Assembly (NCBI RefSeq): GCF_001598795.1
Contig: NZ_BCZP01000002.1
Span: 90,001 to 122,000, forward strand
Source of the DNA: Delftia acidovorans NBRC 14950
Lineage (GTDB): Bacteria; Pseudomonadota; Gammaproteobacteria; Burkholderiales; Burkholderiaceae_C
Length of the DNA stretch: 32,000 bases
Reading direction: 5' to 3'
Position numbers and translations under genes: made by a program
In this document: in pieces, positions 25,009 through 32,000 of the stretch
Layout of the letters: every line of letters begins with the position of its first letter
Numbering within the stretch: position 1 is the first letter of the stretch
Notes under the pieces: generated by a model
What the model saw: only the letters and a program-made list of their open reading frames with translations
What the model was told of the DNA's origin: nothing
The model's database searches: none

Positions 25009-25026
25009 CATTCAGGATGCTGAATG
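25009..25026. repeat. Perfect inverted repeat CATTCAG-GATG-CTGAATG
   Basis: The arms are 7 bp and perfect. The repeat extends to GCAA..TTGC (25003-25030) with a 2-nt bulge. It could be an operator or an RNA stem-loop in the intergenic region. Confidence 0.3.
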
Positions 25027-25060
25027 TTGCCTTGTTCATCAATGACATGCAGGGCCGCCA

Positions 25061-25088
25061 GTGCCCGGGCGCGTGCAGCGCCCGGCAC
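25061..25088. other. GC-rich stem-loop downstream of the DUF445 gene
   Basis: GTGC(C)CGGGCGC-gtgca-GCGCCCGGCAC forms 8 + 3 bp with a one-base bulge. Neither strand has a U-tract. It lies about 80 nt past the DUF445 stop and could be a transcript-stabilising or Rho-related structure. Confidence 0.3.
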
Positions 25089-25168
25089 GATTCACGGCGT
25101 TCCGGCGAGCACGGCGGCTTTGTAAAGTTGGCCCGCTGTGGCCCGCAGGCAACATCCTGATACGAAGA

Positions 25169-26515
25169 TCAAGCCCACAGCCGCCCCGCATTGGAGACCA
25201 GGAACAGCACCAGCCCCACGGCACCGCCGACCACGGTGCCGTTGATGCGGATGTACTGCAGGTCCTTGCCGATGTGCAGCTCGATCAGCTCGGACAGCTC
25301 GCGCGCATCCCAGCGCCGCACGGTATCGGCGATGTGCTGGGCCAGGAACTGCGAGACATCGGGCGCCAGCGCCTGGGCCCAGCGCTTGAGGCGCTCGTTC
25401 ATGGAACTGCGCAGCGCCTCGTCGTGCGCCAGCGACTGGCCCAGCCAGCGGCCCATGGCGGCTGTCTTGCGCGCCACCTGCGAATGCTCGTTGGCCAGGT
25501 CCGCCTGCAGCTTGGCGCGCAGGCCCAGCCACAGCGCCCGCAGGTAGCCGGCCAGCTTTTCGTCGTGCAGCAGGTAGTGGCGCAGCCGCTCTGCGCGCTC
25601 GGACATGGCGGGGTCGGACTGCAGCCGCGTGACCAGCCGGTCCACGGAGGCGTCGAAGGCCTTGCGCATGTGGTGCTCGGGGTTGCTGGCGATGTCCTGC
25701 AGCAGGCTGTCGAGCGCGCCCGCAATGGCGCTGGCGCCCTTGTCGCTGAGCCAGTCCGTGGGCAGCATCTTTTCCTTGAGCGGATGCTCGCGCTTGAGCC
25801 ACAGCACGATGGTCTGGGCGATCAGCACATGGGTCTCGGCCTCGCGCAGCACGCCGCTGACGCGGGCCAGCACATCGTCCAGCACGGCCTGGTGGCGGCC
25901 GTCCTTGGTCAGGCCCGACAACAGATCCGCCGCCGCGCGGGGCAGGTCCACCTGGGCCAGCAAGGCCTTGAATGCCTGTGTCAGAAAGCGTTCCACCTGC
26001 CGGTCCTGCACCATCTCCAGCGCCGCCAGCGCCAGCCGCGCCACCTGCCGCCCCAGCAGGGTGCTGTTGGCCGGCGTGGTCAGCCAGCCGGCCAGCACGC
26101 GCGCGGGATCATGGCGCTCGATCAGCGCCACCAGCGAAGGGCCGTCCAGGAACTTGTCGCGCACGAAGTTCGCCAGGTTCTCGCCGATGCGGTCCTTGTT
26201 GCGCGGGATGATGGCCGTATGGCGCCCGACCAGGGGCAGCGGAATGCGCCGGAACAGCGCCGACACCGCAAACCAGTCGGCCAGCGCGCCGACCAGCGAG
26301 GCCTCGGTCACGGCCTTGATGCAGGCCAGCCACAGCGGCACCTGCTGCCAGTGCCCCGCCGCCACGGACGAGGCCACGAAGCCCAGCGCCACGAACAGCA
26401 GCAGCGCCAGCGGCAGGCGCTTGGCCGACTTCAGTGTTTGACGTTGCTCTGGCGACAGCATGGAGCGCAGCATACGACGCCCGCCCGCCATCCGCATGGC
26501 GATGCCTGCCGCCAA
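25169..26515 (-). CDS. DUF445-family (YjiN-like) membrane-associated protein, up to 448 aa
   Basis: EASLVGALADWFAVSALFRRIPLPLVGRHTAIIPRNKDRIGENLANFVRDKFL is the conserved DUF445 core, and a C-terminal TM segment is present. The true start may be one of the internal Met codons (for example MLRSMLSPEQ). Confidence 0.8.
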   Translation of the reverse strand: MAAGIAMRMAGGRRMLRSMLSPEQRQTLKSAKRLPLALLLFVALGFVASSVAAGHWQQVPLWLACIKAVTEASLVGALADWFAVSALFRRIPLPLVGRHTAIIPRNKDRIGENLANFVRDKFLDGPSLVALIERHDPARVLAGWLTTPANSTLLGRQVARLALAALEMVQDRQVERFLTQAFKALLAQVDLPRAAADLLSGLTKDGRHQAVLDDVLARVSGVLREAETHVLIAQTIVLWLKREHPLKEKMLPTDWLSDKGASAIAGALDSLLQDIASNPEHHMRKAFDASVDRLVTRLQSDPAMSERAERLRHYLLHDEKLAGYLRALWLGLRAKLQADLANEHSQVARKTAAMGRWLGQSLAHDEALRSSMNERLKRWAQALAPDVSQFLAQHIADTVRRWDARELSELIELHIGKDLQYIRINGTVVGGAVGLVLFLVSNAGRLWA

Positions 26516-26594
26516 AGCCTGTCAGCCAGCGCCTGCCTGCGAATTGCGCGGACAATACCGGCTTTCTTCAGAACCCTCTTGCGAGAACAAGACC

Positions 26595-26852
26595 ATGACC
26601 GACGCCAACGCACCCGCCGATCGCCCCGCACTGCCCGACCATCTGTCCATCGACCCGCGCAGCCCGCACCACGTGGCCGCCGTGTTCGAGCACGACATCG
26701 GCATCCGCTTCAACGGCAACGAGCGCTTCGATGTGGAGGAATACTGCGTGAGCGAGGGATGGATCAAGGTGCCGGCCGGCAAGACGGTGGACCGCAAGGG
26801 AAAGCCCCTGCTGATCAAGCTCAAGGGCGCCGTGGAAGCGTTCTACCGCTGA
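26595..26852 (+). CDS. DUF3297-family small protein, 85 aa
   Basis: MTDANAPADRPALPDHLSIDPRSPHHVAAVFEHDIGIRFNGNERFDVEEYCVSEGWIKVPAGK...KLKGAVEAFYR matches my recollection of the conserved DUF3297 pattern (VEEYCVSEGW). I use the internal ATG at 26595 of the 26460-26852 ORF. Confidence 0.72.
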   Translation: MTDANAPADRPALPDHLSIDPRSPHHVAAVFEHDIGIRFNGNERFDVEEYCVSEGWIKVPAGKTVDRKGKPLLIKLKGAVEAFYR

Positions 26853-26856
26853 TTTC

Positions 26857-26878
26857 CGGCCGGTCGCAAGGCCGGCCG
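26857..26878. terminator. Stem-loop between the convergent DUF3297 and ChaN-like genes
   Basis: CGGCCGG(U)-cgcaag-(G)CCGGCCG has 7 GC pairs plus a G-U pair. It begins 5 nt after the DUF3297 stop. The U-tracts are poor on both strands. Confidence 0.35.
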
Positions 26879-26903
26879 CAACCTCTTCAGGAATCAGCGG
26901 GCT

Positions 26904-27779
26904 TCAGCCCGCATCGGCCCGCGGCGCCGGCGGATTCCTGAACTTCTCCCGCAGCTCGGCGCAGTGGTCCTTGGCGGGCAGGGCATCCGTCTTCTGCAGC
27001 CAATCCACATCCGAGGCCTGCGCCACCGATGTCTCCCCCGCCTGCGCCACGGCCACCTTGGCGCCTGCGGCCTCGGGCAGCCAGGTGGGAATGCCCACGC
27101 CGCGCAGCACGTGGCCGCGCCCGGCCACCAGCAGCACGGTCTTGCCGGGCTTGACAGCGGCCCTTGCCACCTCGGCCATGCTGGCATCGCGGGCCAGCTG
27201 GATGCGGGCCATGGGCGCCAGCTGGGTGTCGGGCAGCAGGCCGCAGTGGCCTTCGCGGATGGCGTCGAGCTGGCGCTGCCAGCCCTCGGGCGGCAGGTGG
27301 GTGTCCAGGTTCTCGTTGCGCATGGCCTGCTTCATGTCGGCGCGCGGCAGGTTGCCGCCCAGCACGGGCACGCCCGCGCGCACGGCGGCCATGACCACGC
27401 CGCGGTAGCGCGGCCAGGGCCAGGCCGCGTCCTGCCATTGCAGGGCCTGCTGCACCGCGTCCTCGGAGGCATCGCGTGCCAGGCTGGCCGTGGAGCCCGT
27501 GCGCGGCGCCATCTCGATCACCAGCGCGGCCAGGCGCTCCTGTTTTGCCAACTGCTCCACCGTGGCCTGCTGCCAGGACTGGTGGGCGACCGCATCGTGC
27601 TGCTCGCCCAGCAGCACGATGGGCGCGTCGGACCAGCGCTGCAGCTGCTGCGTCCAGTCCCGCGCCGGGGCGGAGGAGCTGGCGCAGCCGGCAAGGGCTG
27701 CCGCCAGCAATGCGGCCGCAGCCAGGCCGGCAAGGCGCGGGGTGCGGATGAAGGGGCGGGGGATGGAGCGGACTTGCAT
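26904..27779 (-). CDS. ChaN-family (haem-binding uptake, Tiki-superfamily) lipoprotein, 291 aa
   Basis: A signal peptide with lipobox LAGC is followed by PIVLLGEQHD, LGGNLPR, HCGLLP and VLLVAGRGHV motifs, which are characteristic of ChaN/DUF399 proteins. Confidence 0.8.
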   Translation of the reverse strand: MQVRSIPRPFIRTPRLAGLAAAALLAAALAGCASSSAPARDWTQQLQRWSDAPIVLLGEQHDAVAHQSWQQATVEQLAKQERLAALVIEMAPRTGSTASLARDASEDAVQQALQWQDAAWPWPRYRGVVMAAVRAGVPVLGGNLPRADMKQAMRNENLDTHLPPEGWQRQLDAIREGHCGLLPDTQLAPMARIQLARDASMAEVARAAVKPGKTVLLVAGRGHVLRGVGIPTWLPEAAGAKVAVAQAGETSVAQASDVDWLQKTDALPAKDHCAELREKFRNPPAPRADAG

Positions 27780-27940
27780 GGCCCCATGCTAAACACTGGC
27801 CTCGCCCGGGGACGCCATAGGCCCTGTGGGCGTTGGGGGCAGTTGAAAGGATCCTAGGAATCGGGGCGGGAGCACGGCGCAAACGGGTGGCGCTTGATTC
27901 AGGTCAAGACGCGCAAATGTGCGGTGGCTACAGTGCAACC

Positions 27941-29839
27941 ATGCATGGCAAGCCCTCGCTTTCGACCAAGCTGCTGCTCATGGGCGCGGCCTGCCTGCTC
28001 GCGGCCGTGGCATCGATCGGTTTCACGCTGTGGGTGGCCTGGCAGCTGGAAGGCGGTGCGGCGGCGGTGAACGAGGCCGGGCGGCTGCGCATGAGCATGG
28101 TGCGCATGGCCATGGCGCGCCAGAACGAGGCGCCTGCGCAGTGGCAGGAGCGAGCACGGCAGTTCGACGCCAGCCTGGACCTGCTGCGCAGCGGCGACAT
28201 GTCGCGGCCGCTGTTCGTGCCCTGGAGCGATGCGGTCAGCGCGCGCTACGAGCGCATACGCGGCGACTGGAGTGCGCTGCGCACGCAGTGGCAGGCCGAG
28301 GACCATGTCGATGCGCAGGCCATCATGGGCAGCGCCGATGCCTTCGTGCGCGAGGTGGACGGATTCGTCGAGGCCATCGAGGACCGGCTCTCGCGCTGGA
28401 CGGCCATCCTGCACCTGTTTCAGATGTGTCTGATGGCGCTGGCCATCATCGCGGCCGTGAGTTTCATGGCCACCAGCTACTGGCTGGTGCTGCATCCCGT
28501 GGGCCAGCTGCGCTCGGCGCTGGAGCGCATGCGCCGCGGACACCTGGACACGCGCATGAGCGTGGAGGTGGACGACGAGTTCGGCCAGCTGGCCGCAGGC
28601 TTCAACCTCATGGCCCAGTCGCTGCAAAGCTCGCACGCCGAGCTGGAAGACAAGGTGCGTGAGAAGACCGCCAGCCTCAATGTGCAGCACCAGCAGCTGC
28701 AGGCGCTGTACGCGGTCAGCGTGCAGGCGTCGGAGGCCGCCAGCCTGCAGTCCCTGGCCGAAGGCTTTGTGCGCCAGGTCCGCCTGGCGGCCCAGGCCGA
28801 TGCGGCCACGGTGCGCTGGTCCGACGAGGCCAACGAGCGCTACGTGCTGCTGGCCGGCGACGGCCTGCCCCAGTCCATGTCGGTGCAGGAGCACTGCCTG
28901 CACACGGGAGCCTGCCTGTGCGGCCAGCCGCGCGAGCAGGCGCGGCTGCGCGTGATCCCCATCACGCCAGCCAGCGACCTGCAGCTGCCGCACTGCCGCG
29001 AGGCCGGCTTCGAGACCGTGGTCAGCATCCCCGTGCAACTGCAGCAGCGCCTGCTGGGCGAGGTCAACCTGTTCTTTCGCTCCACCGTGGTGCTCACGGA
29101 CGACATGCGCGACCTGCTGTCCGCCATGGCGCGCCACCTGGCCAGCGCCATGGAAAGCCTGCGCGCCACGGCGCTGGAGCGCGAGGCCGCCGTGGCCGAG
29201 GAGCGCGGCCTGATCGCGCGCGAGCTGCATGACTCCATTGCCCAGTCGCTGGCCTTTCTCAAGATACAGACCCAGCTGCTGCGCGACGCCGTGGCCAAGG
29301 GCCGCGACGAGGCGCGCGACCGCAGCCTGGGCGAGCTGGAAGTGGGCGTGCGCGAATGCTATGCCGACGTGCGCGAGCTGCTGGTGCATTTCCGCACGCG
29401 CACCAGCGCCGAGGACATCGAGGCCGCGCTGCGCGCCACGCTGTCCAAGTTCGAGCACCAGACGGGCATTGCCACCTCGCTGAGCATGTCGGGCCAGGGC
29501 CTGCCGCTGGCGCCCGACGTGCAGATCCAGGTGCTGCACATGGTGCAGGAGGCGCTGTCCAACGTGCGCAAGCACGCGGGTGCCAGGCATGTGGAGCTGC
29601 GCGTGGGACGCCACCCCTGGCGCTTCGAAGTCTGCGACGACGGCTGCGGCTTCGTCCCCGCCGCCGTTGCGCCGGACTCGCTGCATGTGGGCCTGGGCAT
29701 CATGCGCGAGCGCGCCCTGCTGGCGCAGGCGCTGGTCCATGTCCACTCCCGCCCAGGCGAGGGCACGCGCGTGCTCATCGAGCTGCCGCCGTCGGCCTCG
29801 GCCGGCGCGTCAGCGCAGGCCCTCCCCTCGAACGCGTGA
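27941..29839 (+). CDS. NarX-like sensor histidine kinase (P-box periplasmic sensor + HAMP + GAF + HisKA_3 + HATPase), 632 aa
   Basis: I chose the ATG at 27941 (MHGKPSLSTKLLLMGAACLL). The P-box-like AVNEAGRLRMSMVRM resembles E. coli NarX AINIAGSLRMQSYRL. A second TM segment, a HAMP domain and a Cys-containing GAF-like domain follow. The H-box is ERGLIARELHDSIAQSLAFLK and the ATPase motifs are QEALSNVRKHA and GLGIMRERA. Confidence 0.88.
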   Translation: MHGKPSLSTKLLLMGAACLLAAVASIGFTLWVAWQLEGGAAAVNEAGRLRMSMVRMAMARQNEAPAQWQERARQFDASLDLLRSGDMSRPLFVPWSDAVSARYERIRGDWSALRTQWQAEDHVDAQAIMGSADAFVREVDGFVEAIEDRLSRWTAILHLFQMCLMALAIIAAVSFMATSYWLVLHPVGQLRSALERMRRGHLDTRMSVEVDDEFGQLAAGFNLMAQSLQSSHAELEDKVREKTASLNVQHQQLQALYAVSVQASEAASLQSLAEGFVRQVRLAAQADAATVRWSDEANERYVLLAGDGLPQSMSVQEHCLHTGACLCGQPREQARLRVIPITPASDLQLPHCREAGFETVVSIPVQLQQRLLGEVNLFFRSTVVLTDDMRDLLSAMARHLASAMESLRATALEREAAVAEERGLIARELHDSIAQSLAFLKIQTQLLRDAVAKGRDEARDRSLGELEVGVRECYADVRELLVHFRTRTSAEDIEAALRATLSKFEHQTGIATSLSMSGQGLPLAPDVQIQVLHMVQEALSNVRKHAGARHVELRVGRHPWRFEVCDDGCGFVPAAVAPDSLHVGLGIMRERALLAQALVHVHSRPGEGTRVLIELPPSASAGASAQALPSNA

Positions 29840-29867
29840 CACGCTCCCGCAAGAAAAAGACCGCCCC

Positions 29868-30539
29868 ATGTCCTTCTCCAGCCCCATCTCCGTCTTCGTC
29901 ATCGACGACCACACGCTGTTCCGCCGCGGCCTGATCGCCCTCATCGCCCAGGACGCAGGCCTGCGCGTGGTCGGCGAGGCCGGCGACGCGGGCGAGGCCC
30001 TGCGCCTGGTGCCCGCGCTGGCGCCCCAGGTCATCCTGCTGGACAACCACCTGCCCGGCGTGCTGGGCGTCGATGCCATCGCGGGCCTGCGCGCGGCCTC
30101 GCCCGGCAGCCGCGTCGTCATGCTCACCGTGAGCGAGGACGGCCAGGACCTGGCGGCCGCGCTGCGCAACGGCGCCCAGGGCTATCTGCTCAAGACCATC
30201 GACGGCGACCTGCTGTCCGAGGCCCTGCGCCGCGCCGCGCGCGGCGAGCCTGTGGTCAGCCCCGAGATGATGGGCAAGCTGGTGGCCGCCTTCCAGTCCC
30301 AGGGCGCGCCCGAGCCCCAGGCGCCCGAGCCGGACGAGGCCCCGGCCTCGCCGCTGTCCCCGCGCGAGGAAGAGGTGCTGGTCCAGATCGCCCGAGGCGC
30401 CAGCAACAAGGAAATCGCCCGCACGCTGGACATTGCCGAGACCACGGTCAAGATCCATGTGCAACACATCCTGCGCAAGCTCGGCCTGAGCTCGCGCGTG
30501 CAGGCGGCGGTGTATGCGTCGGAGCGGCAGCGGGATTAG
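29868..30539 (+). CDS. NarL/FixJ-family response regulator (receiver + LuxR-type HTH), 223 aa
   Basis: ISVFVIDDHTLFRRGLIALI...VILLDNHLPG is the receiver domain. The C-terminal LSPREEEVLVQIARGASNKEIARTLDIAETTVKIHVQHILRKLG is a LuxR-type HTH. The gene starts 28 nt after the kinase. Confidence 0.92.
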   Translation: MSFSSPISVFVIDDHTLFRRGLIALIAQDAGLRVVGEAGDAGEALRLVPALAPQVILLDNHLPGVLGVDAIAGLRAASPGSRVVMLTVSEDGQDLAAALRNGAQGYLLKTIDGDLLSEALRRAARGEPVVSPEMMGKLVAAFQSQGAPEPQAPEPDEAPASPLSPREEEVLVQIARGASNKEIARTLDIAETTVKIHVQHILRKLGLSSRVQAAVYASERQRD

Positions 30540-30543
30540 CGGC

Positions 30544-31785
30544 CTACGCTGTGGCTGAAGCCCAACCATCCCCCGCACACCGCAGCGCCCACACCCAGGC
30601 CAGCGCGGCCGCCACGGTCAGCCCGGTGAGCATGGCCGCCGCGCCCATGGCGTCCAGCGCCACGCCGGCCGCCAGCGGCACCAGCATGCGGCTGGCGGCG
30701 AAGAGGCTGGCCTGCAGGCCGTAGTCGAAGGCCTGCCAGCGCGGGCGGGCGAATTGCATCATCAGTCCGAAGACGCAGGCCGAGGAGGCGCCCATGGCTG
30801 CTGCCACGCAGGCCACGGCCGCGACCAGGCCCGGGGGCGGAGCGCCGGCTGCGATGACGGCGGCCAGCAGCGCCAGCGCCGCCACGTTGCAGCCTGCATA
30901 CAGGGGCAGGGCGCGCCGGGTGCCCAGGCGGCGCGTGAGCAGGGGCGAGGCTGCGCCCGCCAGCGCAGCCACCACGCCGCCGCCCATGCCGGCCAGCAGG
31001 GCGGCCTGGGCGGGCGCGAAGCCGTGGTCCAGCATCAGCGGCTTGAGGTAGAACCAGGCCGCGCCGATGAAGGGAAAGTAGCTGACCAGCACCAGGGTCC
31101 AGCGCCAGGCGCCGGGCTGGGCGCCATAGCCGCGGACCATGGTGGCCAGTCCAGCTTTGGGCGCAGGCAGCAGCACAGGCGAGGGCGCCTCCCCGGGCTC
31201 ATGACGCACCACCCAGGCCAGCAGCAGGGCGCCCAGCGCCAGCGCGCCGGCCAGGCAGAGGAAGGGCGCGCGCCAGCCCCATTTCGCCTGCATGAGCAGC
31301 ATCATCCCGCCGCCCACGATGGCGCCCAGCGACAGCGCGGCCGCGCGCACGCCCCCGGCGCGCATGCGCTCGGACGCGGGCAGCAGGCGGATGGCCAGGG
31401 CGCTGACGGGAATGTCGGCCCAGGTGGCGGCCAGCGCGGCCGCGAAGGCCAGGCCGAACAGCCACAGGCGCTCGGCCAGCAACTGCTGCCAGCCCAGGGC
31501 CAGCAGCACGGCCGCATAGGCCAGGCACAGGGCCAGCGCCCAGGCGCGGTAGCGCGGCTGGCCGTTCGCGCTGCGCGCTTCCACGGGCGCGGCCAGCGCG
31601 AACTTGATGAGCGCGGGCAGCCCCGCCAGCTGGAACAGGCCGATGGCCGTGCCCGACCAGCCATGCTGGCGCATGACCAGGGGCAGGCCCAGCCACAGGT
31701 AGACGCTGGGCGCCGTGAGCGCCAGGTGCAGCCAGCCGAAAAGCGCCTGGAGCAGCCAGACAGGGCGGGGAGCTGCGGCCTTCAT
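30544..31785 (-). CDS. MFS transporter (AmpG/RhtX-FptX-like subgroup possible), 413 aa
   Basis: It has 12 predicted TM helices with an LGLPLVMRQHGWSGTAIGLFQLAGLPALIKFALAAPVE N-terminal pattern. The ATG overlaps the stop of the upstream gene (ATGA at 31782-31785). The subfamily is uncertain. Confidence 0.85.
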   Translation of the reverse strand: MKAAAPRPVWLLQALFGWLHLALTAPSVYLWLGLPLVMRQHGWSGTAIGLFQLAGLPALIKFALAAPVEARSANGQPRYRAWALALCLAYAAVLLALGWQQLLAERLWLFGLAFAAALAATWADIPVSALAIRLLPASERMRAGGVRAAALSLGAIVGGGMMLLMQAKWGWRAPFLCLAGALALGALLLAWVVRHEPGEAPSPVLLPAPKAGLATMVRGYGAQPGAWRWTLVLVSYFPFIGAAWFYLKPLMLDHGFAPAQAALLAGMGGGVVAALAGAASPLLTRRLGTRRALPLYAGCNVAALALLAAVIAAGAPPPGLVAAVACVAAAMGASSACVFGLMMQFARPRWQAFDYGLQASLFAASRMLVPLAAGVALDAMGAAAMLTGLTVAAALAWVWALRCAGDGWASATA

Positions 31786-32000
31786 GGCGCGGCCTTGCGC
31801 GCCACGAGCACGGCCAGCGGCGCCATCGGAAACTCGCGCGACTCGATGCGTTCGATGCGCTCGAACCCGGCCTGCGCCAGCAGCGCCTGCAGCTCGCCGC
31901 GCCGGGTCACGCTGCGGCCCAGCAGGCGCATGGGCAGGTAGTAGGGCAGGGTGCGCAGGGCGGCTTCGGGCGTCTCATCCACCTCGGCATGGGCGCAGAC
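31782..32000 (-). CDS. C-terminal fragment of an unidentified protein (weakly methyltransferase-like tail)
   Basis: The reading frame is open from the window edge (VCAHAEVDETPEAALRTL...ELQALLAQAGFERIERIE...VLVARKAAP). The GTG at 31982 listed in the ORF track is probably an internal Val. The gene is translationally coupled to the MFS gene. The product call is tentative. Confidence 0.45.
   Translation of the reverse strand, partial: VCAHAEVDETPEAALRTLPYYLPMRLLGRSVTRRGELQALLAQAGFERIERIESREFPMAPLAVLVARKAAP

Noticed and set aside
24888-25060. A cobalamin (or other) riboswitch in the leader of the TonB-dependent receptor.
   Set aside because: The receptor plug resembles CirA/FepA rather than BtuB. 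The minus-strand leader is short and I could not find a B12-box-like element or the multi-stem architecture. An Rfam scan would settle this.
1-32000. A mobile element, genomic-island boundary, phage-defence system, toxin-antitoxin pair or CRISPR array.
   Set aside because: I recognised no transposase, integrase, recombinase, nuclease, helicase or ATPase defence-type translations. I saw no long terminal inverted or direct repeats, no tRNA gene, and no block-scale shift in composition. The only AT-rich patches are short promoter regions.

Overview
This is a very GC-rich, gene-dense segment that looks betaproteobacterial. The Bug-family binding protein, czc module and codon style suggest Burkholderiales/Comamonadaceae, but that is inference only. 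I support 27 CDS (2 cut by the window edges). I recognised no rRNA, tRNA, CRISPR array, transposase or integrase.

Gene order:
- 1-120 (-): N-terminus of a secreted protein.
- 298-2561 (-): nitrilase-superfamily hydrolase translationally coupled to an NCS1 permease.
- 2790-9299 (-): czcI-like/czcC/czcB/czcA heavy-metal RND efflux operon.
- 9464-11532 (+): divergent OmpR-family regulator and heavy-metal sensor kinase. The shared control region holds a perfect CusR-type palindrome.
- 11568-11996 (+): small helical hypothetical protein.
- 12004-18746 (-): tightly packed six-gene operon. It encodes a carboxyltransferase, Bug binding protein, ADP-forming acyl-CoA synthetase, biotin carboxylase, minimal BCCP and PaaI thioesterase.
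- 18963-20651 (+): divergent PAS/sigma-54 activator, facing a near-consensus -24/-12 promoter with two upstream dyads.
- 20766-21767 (+): ACR3/BASS-like permease.
- 21743-24887 (-): CirA-like TonB-dependent receptor and a periplasmic siderophore-binding protein, with no ABC permease or ATPase.
- 24888-25168: an AT-rich, highly structured intergenic region.
- 25169-27779: DUF445, DUF3297 and ChaN-like lipoprotein genes.
- 27941-30539 (+): NarX-like (P-box/HAMP/GAF) kinase and NarL-like regulator.
- 30544-32000 (-): MFS transporter and the C-terminal fragment of an upstream gene.

I see no defence island or mobile element. The most plausible poorly described system is the sigma-54-controlled carboxylase/CoA-ligase/thioesterase operon, which has no obvious substrate. 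Next is a small CusR-box regulon that appears to extend beyond the czc genes. The many very long ORFs on the opposite strand of real genes are high-GC artefacts.
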